Source: Octopus vulgaris
Taxonomy: Eukaryota
Assembly (NCBI GenBank): GCA_951406725.2
Contig: OX597828.1
Location: 9,052,001 to 9,116,000 of the forward strand
DNA: 64,000 bases
Reading direction: 5' to 3'
The first letter of the stretch is position 1. Every line of letters starts with the position of its first letter. The position numbers and the translations under genes were made by a program. Below are positions 28,401 through 40,624 of this stretch, piece by piece. The notes beneath the pieces are model-generated. The model was not told the origin of the DNA and searched no databases. It saw only the letters and a program-made list of their open reading frames with translations.

Positions 28401-29200
28401 TGCACCAAAGGTAGAAGCCATTATCAATGCAACAATTAGGCGGTGCCTGTTTGAGGGACGACTAAAATGCTTTGTTAACATTTGGACTTTTTAAATAATT
28501 TACTTGCCAGCTTCTGGGCTGGATAAAATAAATGCTTCTGACACACAGCTTTCATTTCCTTGACAATGTCATACGCCAATATAAAGGCTGATTTGAGTTT
28601 GTTTGAAATCAATACTATGTTATGGTTTATTTCATCGCTTCTCTCAGATGGATTGTAAATATATCTTCAACGGGATTTCAATTCATAATGATTAATCAGC
28701 ATTCATAACGTAGTCCTGAAATCATGGACATCCGGTTGGGTCACATCTTCAAGAAGATATTGTTAATAAGATTTTCCAGTTACCTTGTTGTTCTTATTAA
28801 GATGCGTTGTTACTAATTTTAGTAAGTTAAGTAATATCGCATACCTTATAAATATTACTAACATAGATGAAATTTTAAGCTGCAGGATAATTGTTGGGTT
28901 AATTTTTTTTATTTTAGTGCATGTTAACCAGTGATGTAAGTTTTACAGGTTTAGTATCATAATTTTAGTGGATAAGATGCTTCATCGTTTCCTTTTTTAG
29001 TGTTAATCATACCTAGAACAAACGTGTCTTACTTCCTTACACTGATTGAGGGATCTGAAACAAATTTTCAGCAGAAACCGGTATGCTTCATGAGCTATCC
29101 AAATATTAATACATCACGGAACGGAAATAACGAAGAAGAAAAATTATTTGGTAAACTTCTATAATTTTATGAGCAACATTAATGTGTATCAATGTAGAAA

Positions 29201-29627
29201 GGATCTTTTCGGTTTGAACGGCAGTTGTTAACATAATTTCTAGGTAACTAAAAAATGTTGAAATTCGTATACTGGTAGAATGTGTTTATAAGACATCTTT
29301 TTCTCTTGGCTTTATTGAGAAAATTCTATAGTTTGTAAGGTATTTGATGTTTTTTTCTTCAATTTCTGCAATTTCAACCTATCAGTGACGTCTATTGAGG
29401 TAAAAAACATTCTGTGTCATATGAATATGTCCCTCGGTTAAGAAACAGATTGGGTTTTTTTTACATTTGTGAAGAAAAAAAGATACACTTCACCCACCCC
29501 TAACCCTAATCCTAACCCTAACCCTAAAAGAGATTATAATGCAATAGTTCGCTACTAGGTTCATAATTATGGGTGACAATTTTATATGACACCGCTAGAA
29601 AAACTGCTGTTCAAACCGAAAAGATCT
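29201..29627 (+). mobile_element. MITE with GGATC-ended TIRs, 8-bp TSD and internal telomere-like (CCCTAA)n
   Basis: TIR GATCTTTTCGGTTTGAACGGCAG / CTGCTGTTCAAACCGAAAAGATC. Perfect TSD TGTAGAAA at 29193-29200 and 29628-29635. CCCTAA repeats at ~29498-29527. Confidence 0.9.
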
Positions 29628-30365
29628 TGTAGAAATAATATTTCCTGTTGTATACAGAATGTATAAGATGAAAAAGTCATTACAAGAAGAACAGCAATTT
29701 ATTTATTCCATAGTTAAGTCTTTGTTCGTATTGTTGACAATGTATTATTTATCAAGAGGATTGTTAATCCTGTTGTAAGTAAATAATGCAATATATATTT
29801 GTTGTTATCAAATTTGTATGTAAGGCTTTGCATGTAACAAAAATCATTTGTGTACTTATATAATACACTGCTGCTATTTTGACTCGGAAAACTATGCATG
29901 TTTACTATAGAGGCCTATATTTTAAGACACATATTTTGAGTATTACCGGGGTCTACATTTTTGGAAATATGTGAGATAAAACACGAAATCAGAATATAAG
30001 AAATTTTCAGCATAAAAGCAGAGAGGGGAGATGATGCATAATGAACTATTATTTCCAGCATCATATTAGTTTTGACAAATATATTTTGATTGTAGGTCTT
30101 TAGGAAAAGTATATTCGTTGTTTCAATAATTTTGAAAATATTATAGAAACAAAAGTTTCAATCTAAATGTTTACAATGACTAGACTTGTTGCAATAAGTT
30201 CCATTCATATATTTTTTAACGTAAAGGTTTGCCATTGTTTCAAGACATTGTGTTCATATTTTCTTGATAATTGTAATATACATACGAACAAGAAATGAAT
30301 CCAAGGTACAGAAAAGGGTATGAGCTTAAAAAAAGAAAAGCATGCACACAAATATTTAAGCGTGA

Positions 30366-30413
<48 letters not shown>

Positions 30414-30617
30414 CAAAGGATTTCCAACTCTGTCGTTTATGTTTTATTTATATTCTTATAATATTAATGTAGGATATAGAATATATAGTATATATAGTAT
30501 ATATAGTAAAACGTAATGAAGTATTGATTGTCTTATTGAAAAGATGAAATATCGAATATCAAATATTAAGGGACTAGTATATTTTCTTGCATATAAGCAG
30601 TTTTCAAGGTCCCATAC

Positions 30618-30681
<64 letters not shown>

Positions 30682-31468
30682 TGTATGTATGTATGTATGT
30701 ATAGATGCGTGTAGGCAAATAATGTATGTGTATGTATACTTATTCATACATAGATATACCCGATATGCGCACGTAAACACACACATGTGCGTACGTACAC
30801 ATAAGTATATAATCAAAGAAATATAAAACGTTGACAGCCATATATGAGTGTGAAATTATTCTTCGGATATGCGGATGAAAAATTGTCGGTTGATATTCGA
30901 GATGTATTTCATTTTTGTCTCTTATTACCACGTTCGGCAGTGTTTTGCAGTGTTTTGCAAACGTGACTGCCTGCAAGGCAAATGACTAATTAGAGTAAGA
31001 AGGAGAGATACGTGCTGAAGCAGTTATTCGCCCGTGCTGTGTATACGATAAGCAATTTCACTTTAAATACAGCGAGTGCTCTCAACGTGTGCAATTCAAA
31101 ATTTTTCTATTAATTTAATGGTTCCGTATGTGCTGAAGTACACTTAGCTGCTTCTACATACAAAGAAATATATTAACCGTCAACAGCAGAGATATTGCGG
31201 CTAGAAATATGTCAAACCATCTTTTTTTAAATGAAATCCTCCTGATGTCGGGACATTCCATAACACACACACATACTTACACGCATACACGCACACACAC
31301 ACACACACACATACGCTCACACACGCACACGTATCCATTTATGTGTATATATATATATATATATAAGTACTTTCATGTATGCATTATATAAAGTCGAATA
31401 CACGCAAGTGTTTTTGTGTAAATATGTATGTGTGTGTTTGTGTGTGTATCTATATATGTATATATATA

Positions 31469-31557
<89 letters not shown>

Positions 31558-31652
31558 TGCACACAGATATCTATATATACATATGTATATATATGCACGT
31601 ATGTATATATATATATGTATATAAATATATAAATATATATATATAAATATAC

Positions 31653-31747
<95 letters not shown>

Positions 31748-32379
31748 TGAGTCTGTGTGTATACGTATGTCTGTATATAATCCAGAAACAATGGTTTGCT
31801 ATTTTTATGATAACGATAAATTGTGTGTATATACCTCTTGAAAATACTATACGCTCATGGATAATCAGAAAGGTAAGCATACATACAACGAATAAATGTA
31901 TGGTTTCCTTAGTGCCCAGGTAAAAATGGCGTAGCGTATTCATAACAGTATGTGGATATAAGGAGCGGGCGTGTGTGTTTTCGTAAAACTTTAAGCAAGA
32001 AAGCAATAAACATGCTGTGAAACGTCAATGACACTTTAAATAAGAAAGTGGACGATGGAGATACTACTTTCTTTATTATAAGCAGTAATTTATGGGCAGA
32101 GTATGAAAAAGGTGTGACAATGGAGAGTGTATGTAGTATGAATATTTTAAATTCTGAAGGAAGTTAATTCTCTGTCTAACACTTACTTTCAAAAAGTAAC
32201 CACATATCCACGTTTCACCGAGTGAATGAAAATATGTTTCGTGGGATACTTGGAAAATGTTCGAATGTTGAACATAGCAGATATATGCATACAAGTATAT
32301 ATGTATGTAGAATGTATATATTCACATATACATACATATATTTATATATGTATGTGTATGTATATATACATGTATGTAT

Positions 32380-32427
<48 letters not shown>

Positions 32428-32430
<3 letters not shown>

Positions 32431-32553
32431 CTGCTCGCTTAGCCAGCGGGGTGGCGTCGATCGAAGGCTAAAACAATGCGAACGCATTGTGACCAGCGAT
32501 TTGTAGCAACATCTGATGGTCTTGTCGGTCACAATTTGATTTGATTTGATTTG

Positions 32554-32557
<4 letters not shown>
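32428..32557 (+). mobile_element. SINE family C, 3' fragment with (TTGAT)n tail
   Basis: GCGGGGTGGCGTC...GCTAAAACAATGCGAA...TGTGACCAGCGAT...AACATCTGATGGTC matches 54195-54285. Confidence 0.8.
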
Positions 32558-32604
<47 letters not shown>

Positions 32605-32609
32605 TATAC

Positions 32610-32862
32610 TGTCTGGGGAGAGTCATTTTCTGTTTGTGCCTTATAATATAACACACTCAACGGTAAAATTTCCACTTATTTCTTATTTTTATGTTCCTAA
32701 AATTTTCGTTGCGTCTCGCAAACTTTTCAATAACCTTGACTATTGAAAAGGTTACAAGACGCAACGAAAATTTTAGGAAAATAAAAATAAGAAATAAGTG
32801 GACATTTTACCTGTGAGTGTGTTATATTATAAGGCACAAACAGAAATTATTCTCCCCAGACA
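32610..32862. repeat. Long fold-back (about 122-bp arms, 8-nt loop), probable PLE-type inverted terminus carrying a variant hammerhead
   Basis: 32610-32732 is the reverse complement of 32741-32862 with few mismatches; loop ACCTTGAC; flanked by TA-rich microsatellites. Confidence 0.9.
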
Positions 32863-34408
32863 CAACAGAATATGCTTCAACACATGAACTCATATAAAGA
32901 AACTTGCACACCAAATCCTAAATCGAAGTATATATACACATACATATATATATATATGTGTGTGTATGTGTGTATGTGTGTGTATATACATATGCATATG
33001 TATATATACATAGGCACATTCATACATATGTGTGTGTGAGCGTGTGTGTGCTAGTATTCCTTAGCTTGGCTTCACGAGTGAAGTTTTGCGGAGTGGTGCA
33101 TCCATGTCAGGCTGATTCTCCACGAGTACGATTCGAGACAAGAAAACAGAGTTTGTGTGAGAATGTAGTGCTAGTTGTAGTGCCTGTTCCATTCCATTTC
33201 TCTTCACTGCAAAGATGATTTTGTCGGTGTTTGCAAAGAAGGCTGATGCCTGCGGCAAGAACAAATTATTGATAGTGGTCAATGTAGCTGGTATAGAGGG
33301 AATCTTTTAAACAGTTTTTGTGCTCCTCTCTTAAGGCGAGTGGAGTAGTGTTAGCCTTACAGCGCAACATTTGAAGGTCACAGATCTCCCATCTTGAGGA
33401 CCTGACCTGCCCAACGTAGCTGTCTTCCCCAGGGTTTTATATAAATGAATAGGTGAACGTGGTACAGTAGGTATGTAGGATACTCCTAGCCCCATATTCT
33501 TACTGCTATACTTAATGTGCAATGAAATATTACTGTATGGATGCTGTTGTGTATTGTATAATATGAACACAAATGCTCTTCAGTGTTTAGTATTTTATTC
33601 ACCATTCGACTTTAGAAAGACTACTCAGCCCTGTGATAATTTACTTCTTTTTAATTGAATAAATGCTACGCTGTGACACAACGCTAAAGATGCTTTCAAT
33701 AACATATCGACGGATTTCATCGTTCCTTATACAAACGCTTTTTAGTTTCATGAACCGTTCAGTTAAACTAAACATTCGGCTTTCAAGGAGTTAGAGACAC
33801 AGAAACGCGTACATACTTAAATATTATTATTTCTCTCTCTCTTTCCTACTCCCCTCTCTCTTTAACAATTTATATAAATGTGTACCTGTGTGTATGTGTA
33901 TCTGTGTGTATGTGATAACATTATGATATTTGGCTGACGAAATAAGAACGATAACAAGTAATAAGTTGTAATGTTATATAATCATTATTTACATTCCTGA
34001 CTTCCCTGAAGCGTTTATTGCTTAAACGGTTGAAGTGATGGGAAAAGAACCATAGCTACACCGCCGTTCCAAAACTTATTCTATTAGAATTTGCGACGAT
34101 CAAAGTAATCTAGAATTTCACATAGTATAAATGGTTATTTTTAAAGAAATCTATCCATTTCGATGCAGTCACCAATATGAACAGGATTTCTAACTAAGGA
34201 AGGCGTTCGAATTTATTATTCCTCTTTAAACTACTATGCATTTCTATTCATAGTAACGAGACCCATGAATATTTCACAGGATTAAGGGTAAGTTTATTGT
34301 ACAATTTCTCGAACCGCTCAGTTACGAAGGAATATACACACCAATATGTTGTCAAGCGATTGCATGAGATAACAACAGACACACACACACACACACACAC
34401 ATAAATAT

Positions 34409-34845
34409 GGATCTTTCCGGTGTGAACGGCAGTTTTTTCTAGCGATGTCATATGAAATTGTGACCCATAATTATGACCTTAGTATCGATCTATTGCATTT
34501 CAATCTGTTTTAGGGTTAGGGTTAGTTAGGGTTAGTTAGGTTTAGGGGTGGCGGAAGGGTATCTTTTTTCTTCACAAATGTAAATAAACCCAATCTGTTT
34601 CTTAAACGAAGGACATATTGATACGGCACTGGATGTTTTTACCCCAATAGACGTCAGTGATTGGTTGAAATTGCAGAAATTGAAGAAGAAAAAAACAACA
34701 AATATCTTACAAACTATAGAATTTTCTCAATAAAGCCAAGAGAAAAAGATGTTTTATAAACACATTCTACCAGTATACGAAGTTTAAAATTTTTTAGTAA
34801 CCTACAAATTATGTTAAAAACTGCCGTTCAAACCGAAAAGATCAC
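34409..34845 (-). mobile_element. Second copy of the GGATC-TIR MITE, inverted relative to 29201-29627
   Basis: Reverse-complement homology along its whole length, with internal TTAGGG/TTAG repeats. Imperfect TSD ATAAATAT / AAAAATAT. Confidence 0.88.
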
Positions 34846-34865
34846 AAAAATATATATACATGTAC

Positions 34866-35010
34866 GATAGGCTTTTCCCACATTCCGTCAACCAAATCCA
34901 CTCACAGGGCTTTGGTCGGCACAAGGCTATAGTAGAAGACACTTGCCGAAGTTGCCAGTGAGACTGAAACACGGTGCCATTTGGCTGCGAAGCAAGCCTC
35001 TTAGCACAGT
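34866..35010 (-). mobile_element. SINE family A, 5' half
   Basis: TTCCGTCAACCAAATCCACTCACAGGGCTTTGGTCGGC...GGCTATAGTAGAAGACACTTGCC. Confidence 0.8.
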
Positions 35011-35310
35011 CACGATTGTATCATATAATTTGCGTATATCATGTAATTTATGTATATGGCTGTGATTTTTCTGTGTGTTTTACTCACCATCAATGTTTGT
35101 CTCTTACACATTAAAATGATTTGATGTCAAATTTCTTGTGGGTGAAGATGTGCACAAAAAATTGCAGCGGATTCTTTACGTAGATATATACATAATACAA
35201 TCACTCATACATACATGCAGACATACATGTCTAGGTACTTCTATGCATGCATATACGTATATACATCTCTCACTTTCTCTCTGGCTGTCTGACTCTCTCT
35301 CTCTCTCTCT

Positions 35311-35356
<46 letters not shown>

Positions 35357-35368
35357 TTATGTATATAC

Positions 35369-35454
<86 letters not shown>

Positions 35455-35560
35455 TTAAAGTTGTGAGCGTATGAATGTAAGATTCTATTTATAATTATTT
35501 AACTGAACGCGTATTAATCTTTTTTTCGTTCTCCTCTCTCTCTCACACACTATCTATCTA

Positions 35561-35591
<31 letters not shown>

Positions 35592-36199
35592 AACTAGCTA
35601 TCGATGGAAAAGAACAAAGACATAGAGAGACAAGTAAGGAGTTAGAAAGATTAGTAGTAAAGGAAGGAATATCGAGAGATATAAAGAGACACGGTGTGAG
35701 ATAAAGAAATATTGGACAATTTATGAAAAATGGGTATTATCGACAAACAGTTACTACTAATCCAATACAGCCATTGATATGAAACTATTCCAATTTTTTT
35801 AATAGTTTGTCTTGTCACATATTTGTAAATATATTCAATTTTATCTGATATAAGGGTTACTCCTTAAAACCAAATCCACAGAAATCAAGATAGAAGTAAC
35901 AAAAATATCATGACATATAATTCTATATTTAAGCAAAAATGTGGTACATCTTAAAAGAAGGAAAAAAAGAATGCAATTCCACAGAGTATTGGTTAAGTGG
36001 TCGTATGGAATTTTGTTTATTCTATGTGGAACTTTTCTTGGAGGAGGAAGAGGTGCCAAATTTGATTCTACTGGGCTTCAAGCTGTATCAGAACTGTCGA
36101 TTTCTCTATGCAGCATAACAACATATCCTGCGTGGACAGCTGTCAAAAGAAAAGACGGCAAAAAATACAGTTGATTGATAGAAGTGTAAACTGTAAAAA

Positions 36200-36254
<55 letters not shown>

Positions 36255-36480
36255 ACTACCAATTCAATAATACAACACAAGCAAAACAACTCACAAACAA
36301 AAGACATTCTTTACAACAATTACCCAATGAAATAAACTTCCACCAGCAATCAGGATAAACAGCACATAATACACTCAACACACAATACAAGCAGTAAAAC
36401 AAAGAAAACTGCAGCACTCACAAGAGGAAAAATAGAAAAGAAAATTCTAATACATTTTCATGGTATGAACGTGAATTTAG

Positions 36481-36868
36481 TAAAGTACTAGAAAGTTAGA
36501 AACGTAAAATGTTGTGGGACATCAACATTCCGACTGACAGAGTAATAGAAGCAACAAGGCCTGATTTGGTTGTAGATATAGAAAAAAGAAAGTGCTAGAT
36601 AACTGACTTTACAGTCCCAAATGGTGAGAAAATTAATATGAGTAGTATATACGAAATAGCAAAATAAAAGGAGCTAGCTATTGAATTACAGAGACTATAG
36701 AAAGTACGGGGAAAATGTATCCCAGTCGCTATATGTCCATTAGGAACTATCTCTAACGATTTGGACAGATGGATAGAGGAAATAGGCTTAAAACTCAGTT
36801 TAGTACAGCTCCAGAAACTAGTGATATTAGGGACAGTTAGAATATATAGGAGTGATCTTGGCATCTCA
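36481..36868 (+). pseudogene. R4/Dong-like non-LTR retrotransposon, restriction-like endonuclease domain relic (copy 1)
   Basis: Interrupted translation KMLWDINIPTDRVIEATRPDLVV...ITDFTVP...K*KELAIELQRL*...IPVAICPLGTI...LQKLVILGTVRIYR matches the PD..D RLE C-terminus. Confidence 0.85.
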
Positions 36869-36939
36869 GTTTACTTGTAGCCCGATGTTAGGAGTTTTTC
36901 TCCTGGGGGATTAAAAACAAAACCCAACAAAGGGCAGAG

Positions 36940-37330
36940 TAACATAAAAGAGTCAATGGCCATTCCGAAAACGGGTAGATGGAAATCGCGAGCCTTGGTT
37001 GGCTGCCTGTCTAGGAGAGGAATATACTGATTTAAAAACTGTGGTAGATAGGACTCCTTAATCACATTGGTGACAAACTTTTCTCTGACAGTCAAATCCG
37101 GCACCTTCGCAAAACCAACAGGCGAACTGTCAAGTATCTGGCGTCTCCAACTAACCAGTGCTCCGAGTAGACTGTACTTGTTAGCCTTGGGAGGTAAATG
37201 GAAGGAACACTCCAAACGCAAAAACCAGGTGAGTAAACACCTAGCCGATTTGGCGGACTACTTTAATAGCGATAGTGTCACGATAAAAGTACCGGGTGGT
37301 AGTAACCAAAAAATATCCCTTATTTGTGAG
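36940..37330 (+). mobile_element. Possible non-LTR retrotransposon 5' UTR fragment
   Basis: GTCTAGGAGAGGAATATACTGATTTAAAAAC resembles a 5' UTR motif I recall from RTE-type LINEs. It lies between two LINE relics. Confidence 0.3.
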
Positions 37331-37389
37331 TGAATATGCCATACAAAATAACTCGACTCAAGGAAGTTTGTGACTGCCAACAACATATG

Positions 37390-38440
37390 TACTATTTTTG
37401 TAGTCCGCTATAGTGCATCCATCCTGAAATGGACACAAGCGGAGATTGACCAATTCGATCGCACAACCCGAAAGACAAATGTACATAGGCTCTACATGAA
37501 GTGAGGTAAATGTTGACCTAGGATGATTAGCGTACGGGAGTGCATCAAGAGTGAAAGTAGAATTAGTACAGAATATTTGGTAAACAACAACAAATGGGAT
37601 GCTACTGCAGAAGGAGATAAAACTGGATTTGGGAGCGCTCAAGATTTCCGATCAAGAACAGCCCACGAGAGATAAGAATCACTACGCAGAGTGGACTTAG
37701 ATGGTCAATTTAACCACGAAACCAACAAATTAAAATACGAGGTATCATCATTGAGGTGGCTCAAGAAGTCTGACCTAAAAAGAATACTGAAAGTCTAATC
37801 ATCGCTGCTCGGGATCAGAGATTGAATACCAACAAAGTAGAAAAGAATATATACACAAGTGCAACGGACTTCTGTTGAATGTTTGGGAAGAGGGTCGAAA
37901 GCGTGACTCACATTGTTAGTGACGGTGAAAGTCTTATGCAGAATGTGTACAACCGTAGACACGACATAGTAGCCTAAAAACTCCACTGGCTACTATGTCG
38001 TAAGTATGGATATGAGGTTACGGGTGCTTGGTACCAACATACACCGGAAATGTAATGGGCAAAATGGGGAAGGCAAAAATCCTCTGAGTCTTTGGCTTCC
38101 AGACCGACAAGGTGTTAGAGTACCTAAGGCCGGATATAGTAATCTTATGAGGGACAAACAAGTGTACCTAACAATTGACGTGACAGTGCCAGAAGATTGA
38201 CATATTATCACAAAAGAGAAAAGGTTGATAAATATGGAGATCTGCGAGTCGAGACCAACAAGAGGTGGCAGCTACGAGAGTCAAACATAAAGGTTGTCCC
38301 TACTATCATTGGAGCATTGGGTTCAATACCACACAATTTGAAAAGAAAATAACATCTGAAAACCTGAGAAATACCCTAAAATCTTGATGTATTGAAAAAG
38401 TCACATTACTTGTAACTGCACGCATTTTGGGTAAAATATT
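37390..38440 (+). pseudogene. R4/Dong-like non-LTR retrotransposon relic (RT thumb, zinc knuckle, RLE; copy 2)
   Basis: Fragments VVRYSASILKWTQAEIDQFDRTTRK, TESLIIAARDQRLNT, ESVTHIVS...YNRRHDIVA*KLHWLLCRKYG, FQTDKVLEYLRPDIVI, IDVTVPED and KVVPTIIGALGSIP, with many stops and frameshifts. Confidence 0.88.
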
Positions 38441-38917
38441 GTCTGAGATCATTGTTGCGACTTGACAAGCAGTACAGACCCCGGTAGAGACGACATATTC
38501 AATCAACAATACGCAGAAACAGGCAGAACCAAGCATACGCTAATATATTGTTGCATATTAATGATTTCCCTCCTATGTAAACATAATTATATAATAACTT
38601 TGCCGATGAACATTTCCCAAATACATAAATATAAGACTTCCCTAGATAACAGATGTCTATGAATGTGTCCATTGAGCGGAGTGTGTCAATGAAATTAACC
38701 ATACTTGACTTTTACATTATCTTACTGACCCTGAAAAGATGAGAACTAAATTTCAGTGATATTTAGTATCAAGATGTAAAGGACAACATCGAAATACTGC
38801 AATACCTAACCTCTTCGTAAGTGTTGACACTCAGAATAAAATGATATATTGGGTCAGAGAGTGATACAGAAAACAATATGAATTGCTGTAAAATAATATA
38901 AAGTTCTTAGAATATTA

Positions 38918-39500
38918 GGACACTTGTCCTAAGCCACTTTGACTAATGCTCTCTGCTATGGTCACCAACCAGTGTCAAATTAATCACAGAACTTGAGGCG
39001 ATCCAACGAAGCTACACGAAGAAGATAACCTTTGTGCAGCATATAAGCTATTGGGAAAGATTCAAGAGATTATGACTCTATTCCATAGAGCGTAGGCGAG
39101 AAAGATATGCTATAATATACATCTGAAAGATCCTGGAAAGACTTGTCCCAAACTTTTGCATCGAGAGTTACACAAATACTAGAACAGGGCGCCACTGCAT
39201 AGTGCCAAGGTCTCCAAATTTGCCATCAAGATGTGGGATAAGATACTGCGATGGCCTGGGCTTCAGAGGTCCATAGCTCTTCAATATCCCTCCGAAGGAC
39301 CTGAGCGACCTGCATGGGGTGGATGCAGATGTCTTTAAAATAAAGTTGGACCTCTTCCTGTCAGGTGTCCTAGATGAACCAACTTCACGGCAGGAGGTGC
39401 AGATGAGGGCAGCTGCATCGAACTCTCTCATGCACCAAATGTCAATTGCTAAAAAGCATTCGTGAGGTAAAATCATGTAGCAACACCGAATGGCCGTGCC
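38918..39500 (+). pseudogene. CR1-group LINE ORF2 C-terminal relic
   Basis: LVLSHFD*CSLLWSP...ELEAIQRSYTKKI...SYWERFKRL*LYSIERRRERY...RGP*LFNIPPKDL...FKIKLDLFLSGVLDEP. Confidence 0.85.
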
Positions 39501-39576
39501 AACGCATGTCCCAACGCGAGGACGTGGAACAACTATATTGTTATTGGGCTGTCAGGAAAGGAAAGAAAGAAGGAAG

Positions 39577-39612
39577 ATTTAACGTTTCGATTGGAGGTCT
39601 TCGTCAGAAACA
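39577..39612 (-). ncRNA. Minimal hammerhead-like motif (decayed helix II) in a PLE-type repeat fragment at 39552-39640
   Basis: Minus strand reads GTTT-CTGACGA-A-GACCTCCAATC-GAAA-CG-TT-AAAT. Flanks are homologous to those of 40419-40453. Confidence 0.5.
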
Positions 39613-39660
39613 TAGGAAAAGGAAAGACCCAAGGAAGGGAAATCTACATATATGTATGTT

Positions 39661-39699
<39 letters not shown>

Positions 39700-39755
39700 G
39701 TATATATATATGTATGTATGTATATATGTGTATGTATATTTGGTTGTATATATAT

Positions 39756-39923
39756 ATGAGAGAGTTTGATGCAGCTGCCCTCATCTGCACCTCCTGCCGT
39801 GAAGTTGGTTCATCCAGGACACCTGACAGGAAGAGGTCCAGCTTTATCTTAAAGACATCTGCATCCACCCCATGCAGGTCGCTCAGGTCCTTCGTGGGGA
39901 TATTGAAGAGCTGTGGACCTCTG
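39756..39923 (-). mobile_element. Inverted 168-bp copy of CR1-like segment 39264-39431
   Basis: Near-identical reverse complement; the ORF track shows the same peptide on opposite strands (39168-39476 minus, 39591-39986 plus). Confidence 0.9.
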
Positions 39924-40276
39924 TATGTATATATGTATGTATTGTGTATGCCATTTCTTATAATATGCATTAGCGTTGGACATTAATACCCAAACACGCT
40001 CATTCGAAAGTAAAGAGATAAAAGTGAAAGAATGTAAGAATATATGTAACAGCATATCTACATTCGGAGAAGCGTATTGTATACATATCCATGCAAGGAC
40101 GATTTTTATCTGGCGTACAACATGATTTCATACGCACTGTATCTATTTATATGCGTAACCATACAATAAACATTTATTCAAGTAAACAAATGTACGAATC
40201 CACTCTTCTGAATCCTTCAATTTGAATGCATTTACGTGGTTGTATTTCTACGGGAATATGCATTTATGAGAGAGTT

Positions 40277-40331
<55 letters not shown>

Positions 40332-40418
40332 AATCCAAACGGGAAAACAAAAAAACAACAACAATGGAACAATTACAGTATTATTATTAATAGGCGCTCA
40401 GGAAATGGAAGCAGGAAG

Positions 40419-40453
40419 GTATGACGTTTCGAGCGGAGCTCTTCGTCGGAAAC
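40419..40453 (-). ncRNA. Minimal type I hammerhead motif of PLE type
   Basis: Minus strand reads GTTT-CCGACGA-A-GAGC-TCC-GCTC-GAAA-CG-TC-ATAC: perfect helix II, palindromic ACGT helix III, GUC triplet. Confidence 0.65.
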
Positions 40454-40624
40454 ATAAAGAAGGAAGAGAGAGGAAAGAAAGATCCCAAAGCGGGCAACAG
40501 GGATAGAGAAAAAAAACGACTGGTGTTTACGAGTTACACATGGTGAAAGGCGGAAGTTTACGATAACAAGAGCAAAGTAGGTTTTTAAAGCCAAAGAGTG
40601 GAGACAAGGTTGGTAACGCAACAG

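Noticed and set aside
29498-29527. Telomere or chromosome-fusion signal from CCCTAA repeats
   Set aside because: Only a few units, internal to a MITE and present in both copies.
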